Origin: a virus
Taxonomy: Duplodnaviria; Caudoviricetes
Length of the DNA: 64,000 bases
IMG/VR virus record: IMGVR_UViG_3300049198_000021
Location: 64,001-128,000 of that record
Reading direction: 5' to 3' (one strand)
The notes under the pieces are model-generated. The model searched no databases. It was not told the DNA's origin and saw only the letters and a program-made list of their open reading frames with translations. The number at the start of each line of letters is the position of its first letter. Position 1 is the first letter of the stretch. The position numbers were made by a program, and so were the translations under genes. Shown here piece after piece: positions 19,639 through 28,629 of this stretch.

Positions 19639-20055
19639 ATGGACGTTTATGTTTTCCAAGCCGCGCTGATCTGCGACACTTGCGGCACGCTCTACAAGCA
19701 AGGCACGGACCGCCCGGCTCACGTCGATGAAAGCGACGAGTCCAGCTACGACTCGGACGATTGGCCCAAAGGCCCTTACGGGGATGGCGGCGGTGAGGCT
19801 GATAGCCCCTGCCACTGCGATCACTGCGGGGTGTTCCTCGACAATCCCTTGACCGGCGACGGGGAGACCTATGTCCGCGACGCTTTCCGGGAGTTCGTGG
19901 AGACCGGGCGGGGAAGCCTCGAAGTTCTCGCCGAGTGGAAAGCGGCCTATGACTGGGTGTGGTCGGACTTCGAGTCCATCACCCTCGAAGGGATGCGAGA
20001 GGAAGGTATCACCGATATTTGCGAGCGCCGCGCCGCGTCCCTCGAAGCGGCCTAA
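19639..20055 (+). CDS. Acidic hypothetical protein with two CxxC motifs
   Basis: CDTC ... CHCDHC; start corrected to MDVYV. Confidence 0.8.
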   Translation: MDVYVFQAALICDTCGTLYKQGTDRPAHVDESDESSYDSDDWPKGPYGDGGGEADSPCHCDHCGVFLDNPLTGDGETYVRDAFREFVETGRGSLEVLAEWKAAYDWVWSDFESITLEGMREEGITDICERRAASLEAA

Positions 20056-20168
20056 TGGGTTGCCTTGACGCAATCGCCCGCGCCCTTCTGGGTGTGCTAC
20101 TGCTGATCATGGCTGCCGGGGTTGCGTCATGCACCCCGGCATTTTTATTTCTGGTAACGGTTCGTTAA
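20055..20168 (+). CDS. Micro-lipoprotein, copy 3 (37 aa)
   Basis: MGCLDAIARALLGVLLLIMAAGVASCTPAFLFLVTVR; VASC lipobox; TAATG coupling. Confidence 0.7.
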   Translation: MGCLDAIARALLGVLLLIMAAGVASCTPAFLFLVTVR

Positions 20169-20276
20169 CCTTAACGAATACATTCACCTTGTTAACCATC
20201 TTTGAAGTGGAAAAAGTGCTTGACCAAATCACTTGCACCGCCTAGAAACGAATCACCAACAACGGAGACAAACCAA

Positions 20277-20696
20277 ATGAGCGAACATGCAATCAGCAAT
20301 GCAAGGGGCTGGCTCTCGACAATCGCGGGCGCTATCGCCGCAAGTCATGCACTTGAGCAAGGCGACGAGTCGGCTGAGTTCGACGGCGAAACCTTCACGG
20401 ATGCCGAGGACGTTCTGCAACGGATTCACGAAATGCCGCTTTCCGTGGAAGTGCGCGGGGCTTGGCATTCTCCGGGCGACGACGAAGCCACCAAACCTGA
20501 CGAGTTCCGGATTCTGCTCTCGACCGGCGGCCCTGCTCTCCAACTGGTGGGCGATCTGGACGAACACGGCCAACCATCGGAGCCGCGCTTGCAGTGGCAG
20601 GACTGGGGCACGCCGTGGACCACCTACCACGACACAAGCGAGGAAGAAGACGAAGCCTTGCAGATTTTTGCAGGCTGCTTCTACTTCGGCGAATGA
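20277..20696 (+). CDS. Acidic hypothetical protein (LLSTGGP / WGTPW motifs)
   Basis: Start corrected to MSEHA. Confidence 0.85.
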   Translation: MSEHAISNARGWLSTIAGAIAASHALEQGDESAEFDGETFTDAEDVLQRIHEMPLSVEVRGAWHSPGDDEATKPDEFRILLSTGGPALQLVGDLDEHGQPSEPRLQWQDWGTPWTTYHDTSEEEDEALQIFAGCFYFGE

Positions 20697-20864
20697 ACAG
20701 GGAGGGGCTTAGGCCCCTCTCTTTTTGTCTGGTAACCAGTCGTTAAGGTTAACAGAATCGGCCGATCGCATTAACCATGTGTGCAGGTGGAAAAACTTGT
20801 TGACCTAATCCGTGGAATGTGCGAATCACAAGTCACGGCGAATCAACGCCGACGGAGACAGACA

Positions 20865-20996
20865 GTGCGAATCATCTACAAGGAAAAAGCAGACGGAAGC
20901 CTCAAGCGCGTTGATCGCGCCGACAAGCTGGAACGCCGCAAGGCCCGCCGCAACAAGGCTGAGCGCCAGCGCTTCGCCTTCGCTCACAACGCCTAA
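20865..20996 (+). CDS. Small Arg/Lys-rich protein
   Basis: Consensus RBS before GTG; ERRKARRNKAERQR. Confidence 0.7.
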   Translation: MRIIYKEKADGSLKRVDRADKLERRKARRNKAERQRFAFAHNA

Positions 20997-21007
20997 GGGG
21001 CTCGACC

Positions 21008-21646
21008 ATGCCGACCGAAAAAACCATCACGCTCTACACCTATGATGAATTGAGCGAGACCGCCAAAGACACCGCCCGTCAATGGTGGCTGGAAGGGCGC
21101 GACTCGACCGATTATCACGGGGTAACCGAAGACTTCGCCACAATCGTCAAGCTGATGGGCTTCGACTTGACGACTCACAGCGTGCGGCTGATGAATGGCA
21201 GCACGCGGGAAGAGCCTAACATCTGGTGGAGCCTCGGCTATTGTCAAAGCGACTTCGCAGGCTTCGAAGCCCGTTACAGCTACGCCAAGGGCGGCGCGGC
21301 TGCTGTCAAGGACTACGCCCCCAAGGACGAGACCTTGCACGCAATCGCCGCTTCGCTGCAAGAAATGCAGAAGCGCAACTTCTGGCAAATCAGCGCCAAG
21401 ATTCGGTTTGACGACCGGCGCGGCTATGACATCGCCGAAGTTCTCAAGGACGGCTGCTATATGTATGGCAGCGACGCCGAAGACGACGCCGAGTCGGTGA
21501 TCCGGGAAGCGTGCAAGGACCTTTCAAGCTGGCTCTATGCCCGACTCCGGGAAGAGGACGAATATCTCTCCAGCGATGAACACGTTGCCGACGCTATGGA
21601 AGCGAACGGCTACACCTTCCGGGAAGACGGAACGCGGGAAGACTGA
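21008..21646 (+). CDS. Hypothetical protein (YxYDELSxxAK...ANGYTFREDG motifs)
   Basis: 212 aa; motif pattern recalled from phage/plasmid accessory genes; function unknown. Confidence 0.8.
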   Translation: MPTEKTITLYTYDELSETAKDTARQWWLEGRDSTDYHGVTEDFATIVKLMGFDLTTHSVRLMNGSTREEPNIWWSLGYCQSDFAGFEARYSYAKGGAAAVKDYAPKDETLHAIAASLQEMQKRNFWQISAKIRFDDRRGYDIAEVLKDGCYMYGSDAEDDAESVIREACKDLSSWLYARLREEDEYLSSDEHVADAMEANGYTFREDGTRED

Positions 21647-21809
21647 AAGGGACCCGGCGGCTCTGAGAAGTGCCGCCGGGTTTCTCTTTTTGGGTAACTG
21701 GTTGTTAAGGTTAACGCCGGGTTACCAGAGGTGGAAATAGTGCTTGACCGAATCACTGGAAAATGCGAATCAGGGGTTACCGGAAGAGACCGGAAACAGG
21801 AGACAGACC

Positions 21810-22118
21810 ATGAAGACAATCTTTGAAATCCCCACCAGCGGTGACGACATGACCATGCCGGGCGGGATCGCCCTTCGCTTCAACGAAAGCCGGAACGAGT
21901 TTGTGGTTCACAACTACAGCACTGACCGGGCAACCGGAACCGAGCGCAACTATTTTCAGGGAAGCTATTTCTGCTCTGAGAGCCAAAGCCTCGCTACGAA
22001 ATTCTCGGAAGCCTTGAGCGAGTTCCATTACCGCGTTGAAAAGGCTTCGCGCTATCAGACCGGCGGTTCGCTCGACATGGAAACGCTGCTGGGCTTGTCG
22101 GCAGGTATACCCGCATAA
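21810..22118 (+). CDS. Cassette hypothetical protein
   Basis: Start corrected to MKTIF. Confidence 0.8.
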   Translation: MKTIFEIPTSGDDMTMPGGIALRFNESRNEFVVHNYSTDRATGTERNYFQGSYFCSESQSLATKFSEALSEFHYRVEKASRYQTGGSLDMETLLGLSAGIPA

Positions 22119-22122
22119 CACC

Positions 22123-22205
22123 GGGACCCGGCACCCTGAGAACAGGGGCCGGGTTTCCAAACACCGGCGGGACCCGGCCCACTGAGAACAGGGGCCGGGT
22201 TTCCA
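22123..22205 (+). repeat. Two tandem hairpins GGGACCCGGC..CTGAGAACAGGGGCCGGGTTTCC
   Basis: 22123-22157 and 22169-22203; related hairpins at 21649, 29957 and 6781. Confidence 0.8.
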
Positions 22206-22336
22206 ATTCTGGTAACCAATCGTTAAGGTTAACAGAGCGGCCGAATGGGTTAACCATCAAAGTGGAAAAAGTGCTTGACCGAATCACTGGGAACGGGCAA
22301 ACGAATCAGGCGCACTCAAGCGCCGGAGACAAACCA

Positions 22337-22621
22337 ATGCCCAAACTATACAACGCGGACATCAGCATCACCGCGACCGCATACGTGATCGCTGAGAACG
22401 AAGACGAAGCACGGGAAAAGATCAGCGCCCTTCAAGGCAGCTACATCGAATTTTCCGACCGCAGCCAGCAAGTGGCAGACGACCTGTTCGTGACCGGCGA
22501 AACCTATGGCCCTGACATGCCGGAACTGTCGCTGAGCCCTGCCATGACCATCAATCACAGCGCGACGCGCCCCTACGTTTGTCTGGTCGAAGAACTGGGC
22601 GAAGAAGAGGAAGAAGCCTGA
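22337..22621 (+). CDS. Acidic hypothetical protein
   Basis: Start corrected to MPKLY. Confidence 0.8.
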   Translation: MPKLYNADISITATAYVIAENEDEAREKISALQGSYIEFSDRSQQVADDLFVTGETYGPDMPELSLSPAMTINHSATRPYVCLVEELGEEEEEA

Positions 22622-22893
22622 TGCACGAATCCAATCAAGCCCGGATCGACTGGGCAAAGAACGCCCTCGATACCTTCACCATCGAAACCTACGGCGGACG
22701 GCCTTATTCGACACTTGAAGCGCAATGCGCTGATTGCGAAGAAGGCGACGGGGACGACTACACAGCCGTGCAAGACCTTATCGGCGATTTGCTCCATGTG
22801 GCCCACGAACGGGGCTGGAACACCGCTGAGATCATTCGGCGGGCGGAAGCAAACTTCGTCTATGAAGCTGCGCCAGATTATCAAGGCGACTAA
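22621..22893 (+). CDS. Cassette hypothetical protein (DLIGDLLH motif)
   Basis: TGATG coupling; start MHESN. Confidence 0.8.
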   Translation: MHESNQARIDWAKNALDTFTIETYGGRPYSTLEAQCADCEEGDGDDYTAVQDLIGDLLHVAHERGWNTAEIIRRAEANFVYEAAPDYQGD

Positions 22894-22916
22894 ACCGGGA
22901 GGGGCTTCGGCCCCTC

Positions 22917-23025
22917 TTTGGATCGCATTCATTTTGGATCGCCACCGCTTTGGACCGGGCCGATTTTGGATCGGGCCGGTTTTGGTTTTGGACCGTTTCG
23001 ATTTTCATGATCGCCGCCATTTTGA
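22917..23025 (+). repeat. Degenerate TTTTGGATCG repeats related to the 7505-7667 iterons
   Basis: tttggatcgc, ttttggatcgc, tttggaccgg, ttttggatcgg, ttttggaccg; dense GTTAAC cluster follows. Confidence 0.7.
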
Positions 23026-23249
23026 AGGCAGCGCGACCGGGCCGAATCAGTTGATCAAGCGTTAACCAAACCGACCGGAACCGATGGTTAACAAAACTGA
23101 TCATTCTGTTAAGGTTAACGAAATCGTGGAAATCGTTAACAAATATGGTTAACAAAATACCCCTATTTGTTAACCATCAAAATGGAAAAAGTGCTTGACC
23201 GAATCAGCGAATCGCCCTAGAAACGAATCACCAACAACGGAGACAGACC

Positions 23250-23576
23250 ATGCTTTCACTGGATCAATACACTGGCCGCCACGAAGCCGCCGCCGTTCGC
23301 CGCCTGATCGGGCACGCCCTCGCACAAGACTGGACGGTGAGCGTCAATGACGGGGAAGAATGGACCGTCAAGAAATCCCGCGACAGCGACGAAATTCTGG
23401 CGGCGCTCGCCACAACCGGCGAAGACACCCTGAAATTCCGCGACCCGGAAGGCAAGGCCGTCGGGACTATGTATCTGGTTTATCAGGGCGGCGACAACCC
23501 CGGCGACGAAGTTGTTTGCGACTACAGCGACAACGAATCGATGGATTATCTCTACCGCCGGACATTCCCGGCTTGA
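23250..23576 (+). CDS. Cassette hypothetical protein
   Basis: Consensus RBS. Confidence 0.85.
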   Translation: MLSLDQYTGRHEAAAVRRLIGHALAQDWTVSVNDGEEWTVKKSRDSDEILAALATTGEDTLKFRDPEGKAVGTMYLVYQGGDNPGDEVVCDYSDNESMDYLYRRTFPA

Positions 23577-23751
23577 CAACGGGCGGGGAGGGAAAACCCT
23601 CCCCGTTGCCGATTCGTTCCATGGTTAACGGAATCGGAGGATTTGTTAAGGTTAACGAATGGGTTAAAGTTGTTAACCATCAAAGTGGAAATAGTGCTTG
23701 ACCGAATCGCCTATGCCGACTAGAAACGAATCAGTTGAAACGGAGACAGCA

Positions 23752-23904
23752 ATGGCGAAAAACTGGGAAGCGTTCTTTGCAGCGATGAGCGATTCCGATC
23801 TACTATCGGCACAGCTTACTTGGGGCCGTGAGGGGGAGGACAGCGAAAACTTGGAAGCTTGGGCTGCCGTGAATCAGGAAGTTTTCGAACGGGGTTTGGA
23901 GTAG
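23752..23904 (+). CDS. Small acidic protein
   Basis: Start corrected to MAKNW. Confidence 0.75.
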   Translation: MAKNWEAFFAAMSDSDLLSAQLTWGREGEDSENLEAWAAVNQEVFERGLE

Positions 23905-24059
23905 GGGCTGCGGCCCCTCTCTTTCTGCTCTTAACCCGGCGTTAAGGTTAACGTAATGAGGTAAATCGTTAACCATAGAAGTGGAAATTAAATGGAAAAA
24001 GTGCTTGACCGAATCAGCGAATCACCTTAGACCGGGATCACCAACAACGGAGACGACCG

Positions 24060-24293
24060 ATGGAACTCGCTGAATACTTCACTTGCCCGGACCGCCCGAC
24101 CTTCCTGCAATTCGGCAAGCTGGTGAATGCCCGCCTCGAATCGCGCTGCGGCCTCGGCATCCTCGACTTGCCGGATCAGGATTATTCCAGCCTTCACGAA
24201 GACTGGGACGGGACCGTCCAGCACGCCTGTGACATCGCAGACGAAATCCTCGAAGAAGAAGGCTTCGGGATGGATGAAGATTACGACTTTTGA
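24060..24293 (+). CDS. Small acidic protein
   Basis: RBS and terminator. Confidence 0.8.
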   Translation: MELAEYFTCPDRPTFLQFGKLVNARLESRCGLGILDLPDQDYSSLHEDWDGTVQHACDIADEILEEEGFGMDEDYDF

Positions 24294-24460
24294 GAGAAGG
24301 GGCTTCGGCCCCTTTTCTTTTGCCCTTAACTCCGCGTTAAGGTTAACAGATCGGACCACTTTGTTAACCATTAAAATGCAAGCAAGTGGAAAAAGTGCTT
24401 GCACGAATCAGTGGCCTAGGGCAAACGAATCAGGCGACACAGAGCCGCCGGAGACGACCT

Positions 24461-24760
24461 ATGACAACCCTGAGCATCAAGACCGCCCGCCCCGCCGCCA
24501 CCATCCGCGCCGAGCGCATCGCCTACGATCGCATCCCCGCGACGCCCGCCGAGCGCGCCACCGCCCTCGCCCTCCTGATCGACGGGGACGCATGGACCCT
24601 CGCCGAATACGTCGCGTGGATCAACCGCGACGCCGCCACCTTCGCCCTCATGGGTGCGGCTGAGTGGGCCGAGCGCGGCATCACCACCGCTTCCGCCCTT
24701 GGCGACCTTCTGGACGCCGAGAATGAGCGCAACCTGAGAAAAGAGGCCATGTATGGCTAA
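24461..24760 (+). CDS. Cassette hypothetical protein
   Basis: Start corrected to MTTLS. Confidence 0.8.
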   Translation: MTTLSIKTARPAATIRAERIAYDRIPATPAERATALALLIDGDAWTLAEYVAWINRDAATFALMGAAEWAERGITTASALGDLLDAENERNLRKEAMYG

Positions 24761-25157
24761 GAAACTAGCCGCCGCTTATGCGGCTGTCACCGAGGCACAC
24801 AAAGCCCACGAAGACGCCCTAAACGCCGCTGAGGCCGCTTTGACGGATCATGTGGAGCAAATGCTAACCGAACTCGCCAAGCGGTTCCCGCGCCGACGCT
24901 TCTACGCCTCATCAGGGATGGGAAGCCTTTCTATCGAAGTCTATCCCGGACCTAAGCCGCGTTACGCACACCACCCGCGCCAGCCTTACAAATGGTTCTG
25001 GGGCGGAATGTGGGGACCGGATAACACTTGGCGATTCCTGTGGCAGGATTGGGAAGACCTGCTCGATTCGTTCATCAAAGAGACCGGGCAGACCGCTAAC
25101 GATTACGTCAACTTCACCCGTGAACTTGACGTGAGGGGCACACGCTACAAGGATTAA
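24753..25157 (+). CDS. Cassette hypothetical protein
   Basis: Overlapping start; GAGG RBS. Confidence 0.75.
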   Translation: MAKKLAAAYAAVTEAHKAHEDALNAAEAALTDHVEQMLTELAKRFPRRRFYASSGMGSLSIEVYPGPKPRYAHHPRQPYKWFWGGMWGPDNTWRFLWQDWEDLLDSFIKETGQTANDYVNFTRELDVRGTRYKD

Positions 25158-25292
25158 GGGAAGGGCGGACCGCCGCCCTTTTCCTTGTTAGTGGTTCGTT
25201 AAGGTTAACCAATCCTGCCACTTGAGTGGAAAAAGTGCTTGACCGAATCAGTGGAGCCGCCTAGACCGGGCTGACCAACACGGAGATTTTCT

Positions 25293-25544
25293 ATGACCTC
25301 GATTCGCGACCTCGCCCACGCCCGCCACCTCGTCGCCACCGGCGAAGCCGCCGCTCGCATGGCCCGCACCTCGCAGCAGGCCGAAAACCTGCGGATCGCG
25401 TTCGTGGAGCGCTGGGAGGCGCTTGGCGACCTCACCACCTGCGCCGCCATTGATGAAGGCAAATGGCTTGACAGCCAAATCAAGGAACTGGATTGCGACT
25501 GGGGCGACCCTGTATCGCCTGAATGCGAATGGCACCTGCACTAA
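25293..25544 (+). CDS. Cassette hypothetical protein
   Basis: RBS and terminator. Confidence 0.8.
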   Translation: MTSIRDLAHARHLVATGEAAARMARTSQQAENLRIAFVERWEALGDLTTCAAIDEGKWLDSQIKELDCDWGDPVSPECEWHLH

Positions 25545-25711
25545 GGGCGCGGGCTTCGGCCCGCCTCTTGGCTGGTAACGGTTTGTTAAGGTTAACGCCC
25601 GACCGGAATTTGTTAACCATCAAAATGGAAAGTAAGTGGAAAATTGCTTGACCGAATCGGCTTAGACTGGCACTAACGAATCACCGCAATCAAGCGGACG
25701 GAGACAAGACT

Positions 25712-25798
25712 ATGAGCCGACACCAGAAACGCCGCCTTGCCGCCAAGCGTGCGCGCATCGCCATTCTTTCCTCGTGGATCGCAAAGGGCCGCCGCTAA
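25712..25798 (+). CDS. Arg-rich 28-aa peptide
   Basis: MSRHQKRRLAAKRARIAILSSWIAKGRR after the consensus RBS; TAATG coupling to next gene. Confidence 0.7.
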   Translation: MSRHQKRRLAAKRARIAILSSWIAKGRR

Positions 25799-26064
25799 TG
25801 GCTGGCTTCTGGGATCGCGTGGACACCCTCGAAATGGTGGAACTCTACGCCGAGGACAACGGGCAGATTGCCAGCGAAGAGGAGCTTTCCAAGCGCTTTG
25901 ACGCCGAAATCCTTCCGCTCGTGCTGGAGCAATACAGCGAGTCCGATACGGTCGCAATCAATGAGGCTTTCAACGATTGGACCGATTCGCTCTGCAAGGA
26001 CGGCGAAATCCACCCGGATCAATACGATTCTTACTGCTACGTTGGGAGGCTGGCAGACGACTAA
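25798..26064 (+). CDS. Very acidic small protein
   Basis: Start MAGFW; terminator follows. Confidence 0.8.
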   Translation: MAGFWDRVDTLEMVELYAEDNGQIASEEELSKRFDAEILPLVLEQYSESDTVAINEAFNDWTDSLCKDGEIHPDQYDSYCYVGRLADD

Positions 26065-26173
26065 GGCGAGGGGCTTCGGCCCCTCACCAAACTTTTTTCG
26101 TAATTAGTGGAAAAAGTGCTTGACCGAATCAGTTGGCTCGCCTAGAAACGAATCAACAGCAACGGAGGCAGTC

Positions 26174-26326
26174 ATGCAGATCAACACTTACCACGTTTAC
26201 ATCAACAACACCTTTTCCGGGATCATCTCGGCGGTGTCTTACCGGCAGGCTCTCAAGCGCGCCAAGGCAAAGCATCGCGGCCCGGTTGACGTGATCGGGT
26301 TCGTCTCCGCAAAGGCGAAGGTTTAA
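26174..26326 (+). CDS. Small basic protein; paralogue of 31030..31302
   Basis: Start corrected to MQINT. Confidence 0.75.
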   Translation: MQINTYHVYINNTFSGIISAVSYRQALKRAKAKHRGPVDVIGFVSAKAKV

Positions 26327-26488
26327 GGGGAGGGGCTTCGGCCCCTCTTTCTTTTTGCCTGTTACGATCTGTTAACCTTAACAAATATGGTTAACAAATT
26401 AACGTTTGGCGTTAACCATTAAAGTGGAAAAAGTGCTTGACCGAAGCAGTGACTCGTGTGAAAACGAATCATCAATCGGAGACAGATC

Positions 26489-26668
26489 ATGAAGAATCGC
26501 AACACCCTTGACGCCCGTTACAGCATCCGCCTCGAATGGTGCGGACACGCCACGCAACAATGGGTCGCCCGCTTCTGTGGTGATTGGCTGGGCTGCGATG
26601 CAACCCGCTCGGGCGCTGAGGAAATCGCCCGGCTTTATGAGCGCGACCGCTGGGCGGTGGCGGCATGA
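26489..26668 (+). CDS. Small hypothetical protein (59 aa)
   Basis: MKNRNTLDARYSIRLEWCG...ARFCGDWLG; consensus RBS; absent from track. Confidence 0.75.
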   Translation: MKNRNTLDARYSIRLEWCGHATQQWVARFCGDWLGCDATRSGAEEIARLYERDRWAVAA

Positions 26669-26841
26669 AACCGAAACACCCTTGCAGCGTAAAGCGCGAC
26701 GCAATTTTTCTGGCCGCTGTAAAGCATCCCTTCACCCGGTGGAACGAACACACAGGCGAACAACAAGCCAGATTTATCAAGCAGGCCACGCATATCCGGG
26801 AGCATCTGCGGGATTACGAACCGGGAGCATTCATCGACTAG
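26665..26841 (+). CDS. Small hypothetical protein (58 aa)
   Basis: ATGA overlap; ends at a terminator. Confidence 0.6.
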   Translation: MKPKHPCSVKRDAIFLAAVKHPFTRWNEHTGEQQARFIKQATHIREHLRDYEPGAFID

Positions 26842-26990
26842 CAAGAGGCGGGAGCGATCCCGCCTTTCGCATTGTTAACCCAGTGTTAAGGTTAACATAT
26901 TGGTCTAAGTTGTTAACCATCAAAGTGGAAAAAGTGATTGACCGAATCAGCAAATCGGCCTAGACCCGAATCATCAACCGGAGACAGATC

Positions 26991-27119
26991 ATGCAAAACA
27001 TCCGCAAGAACCCCATCGCCGCCTCGCTCGCCAGCGCCCACCTCGTCCCTCGCAAGGTTCGCGCTCGCAAGGGCAAGGGCTCTTTCCGCCGCAACCCGAA
27101 ACACCGGGGCGCGGCGTGA
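26991..27119 (+). CDS. arfA: ArfA-like alternative ribosome-rescue factor (42 aa)
   Basis: MQNIRKNPIAASLASAHLVPRKVRARKGKGSFRRNPKHRGAA matches the ArfA pattern N.I...L....L..R.....KGKGS..R..KH. Confidence 0.75.
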   Translation: MQNIRKNPIAASLASAHLVPRKVRARKGKGSFRRNPKHRGAA

Positions 27120-27460
27120 GCGACCGCATCCGCCCCGTGGTTTTCGACTCGGCCCAGATCGAGCCCTTTGCCGCTCGCATCATCGGCATAGCCGCTTCGC
27201 AATTCTGTCGCCTCAAGGAGCGCGAGAAAGAGACCGGAGAGAAGTCGGACCCCTTCGACATGGAAGACGCTCTGATGCACCTCTGGTGGGCTCTCAAGGG
27301 GCTTGACCACATCGCAATAGCGTTGCGCGGCGGCAGGGATTGCGACGACCCGTCTGGCGTTCATTTTTCCATGGTGATGAACGCAGAACACGCCCGGATT
27401 CGCCGCCTTATCATGGAAGAACTCGGAGTCGATCCCGGATCACACCCGCGCTGGAAATGA
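27116..27460 (+). CDS. Cassette hypothetical protein
   Basis: GTGA overlap; terminator follows. Confidence 0.7.
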   Translation: MSDRIRPVVFDSAQIEPFAARIIGIAASQFCRLKEREKETGEKSDPFDMEDALMHLWWALKGLDHIAIALRGGRDCDDPSGVHFSMVMNAEHARIRRLIMEELGVDPGSHPRWK

Positions 27461-27613
27461 GGGGCTTCGGCCCCTCTTTCTTTTCTGGTAACCGTTCGTT
27501 AACCTTAATAAACGGCCCGAAATCGTTAACCATCAAAGTGGAAAAAGTGCTTGACCGAATCAGCGAATCGGCCCATACCCGAATCACCGCAACCAAGCGG
27601 ACGGAGACAGTCA

Positions 27614-27904
27614 ATGCAGACCAACGATCCCAGCGCCGTCACCCACCACAACGGAGGCACCACCTTCACCGGCGACGCCATCCACCTCTACCGCGCCGTG
27701 ACCCTCAAGGGCGCTCTCAAGCTGCACCGCGATTGCGGCATGATCCCGACTCGCGGCATGACCATCACAAAGATGTTCGCCATCGCCCAGCAGATCACCG
27801 GCAAGAAGTATAAGCGCGGCGGCCATGATGCGGCCATCACCGACCTGACCGCGTGGATCGAAGCCGCCAAGGCATCCATGCCGATCATCGACGAGCGGAC
27901 CTGA
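27614..27904 (+). CDS. Cassette hypothetical protein
   Basis: Start corrected to MQTND. Confidence 0.8.
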   Translation: MQTNDPSAVTHHNGGTTFTGDAIHLYRAVTLKGALKLHRDCGMIPTRGMTITKMFAIAQQITGKKYKRGGHDAAITDLTAWIEAAKASMPIIDERT

Positions 27905-28132
27905 AAGGAGATTGGTTAACGGGGAAGCCCTCCCCGTTAACCATATTTCCGGCTGGTAACCAGTCGTTAAGGTTAACAGCGCCGCAGCATTCCTTAACCA
28001 TCAAAGTGGAAAGTAAGTGGAAAAAGTGGTTGCACGAATCAGCGAATCGGTCTAGACCCGAATCACCGGGCGGCACCTACTGACTGGCAGAGCAGCGGCA
28101 AGGCTCGCCCGGTAAACAACAGGAGACAGACC

Positions 28133-28294
28133 ATGTTCGAAGTGATCACTACGCTCCGCACCTTCTATGTGCAGGCTGACACTTTCAACCTCGCCGTCCT
28201 CTCGGCTTATCAATTCATTCTGGACGACGAATCGATCCTCGGCATCAAGACCGACGGACCTGCAACGTTCATCATCGTGGAGATCGCAGCATGA
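28133..28294 (+). CDS. Small hypothetical protein (53 aa)
   Basis: MFEVITTLRTFYVQAD...; consensus RBS; absent from track. Confidence 0.7.
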   Translation: MFEVITTLRTFYVQADTFNLAVLSAYQFILDDESILGIKTDGPATFIIVEIAA

Positions 28295-28509
28295 TCAGCA
28301 AGAAAGACGCAATCGCCAAGGCAATCGCGGCTGGAGCCTCGCAAGAGGAAATCGACCGCCAAGCCGCAAACTACGTCCGCCAAGTGGGCAGCGTGCCTTT
28401 CAACAACATGATTCGCGCCCTTAACCTAGGCCCGTGGCTCAACACGGTTGACGACTGGACCCCGCTGGCAGCAGCCCTGACCGCGAGGGGATTGGCGCGA
28501 AAGCGCTAA
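28291..28509 (+). CDS. Cassette hypothetical protein
   Basis: ATGA overlap. Confidence 0.75.
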   Translation: MISKKDAIAKAIAAGASQEEIDRQAANYVRQVGSVPFNNMIRALNLGPWLNTVDDWTPLAAALTARGLARKR

Positions 28510-28629
28510 TTCCTTAACGGAATAGGGGAATTTGTTAAGGTTAACCCGAATTAAGAATAAAGTGGAAAAAGTGCTTGACCGAATCGGTTAACCATCCTAG
28601 AAACGAATCAACAGCAACGGAGACACACC

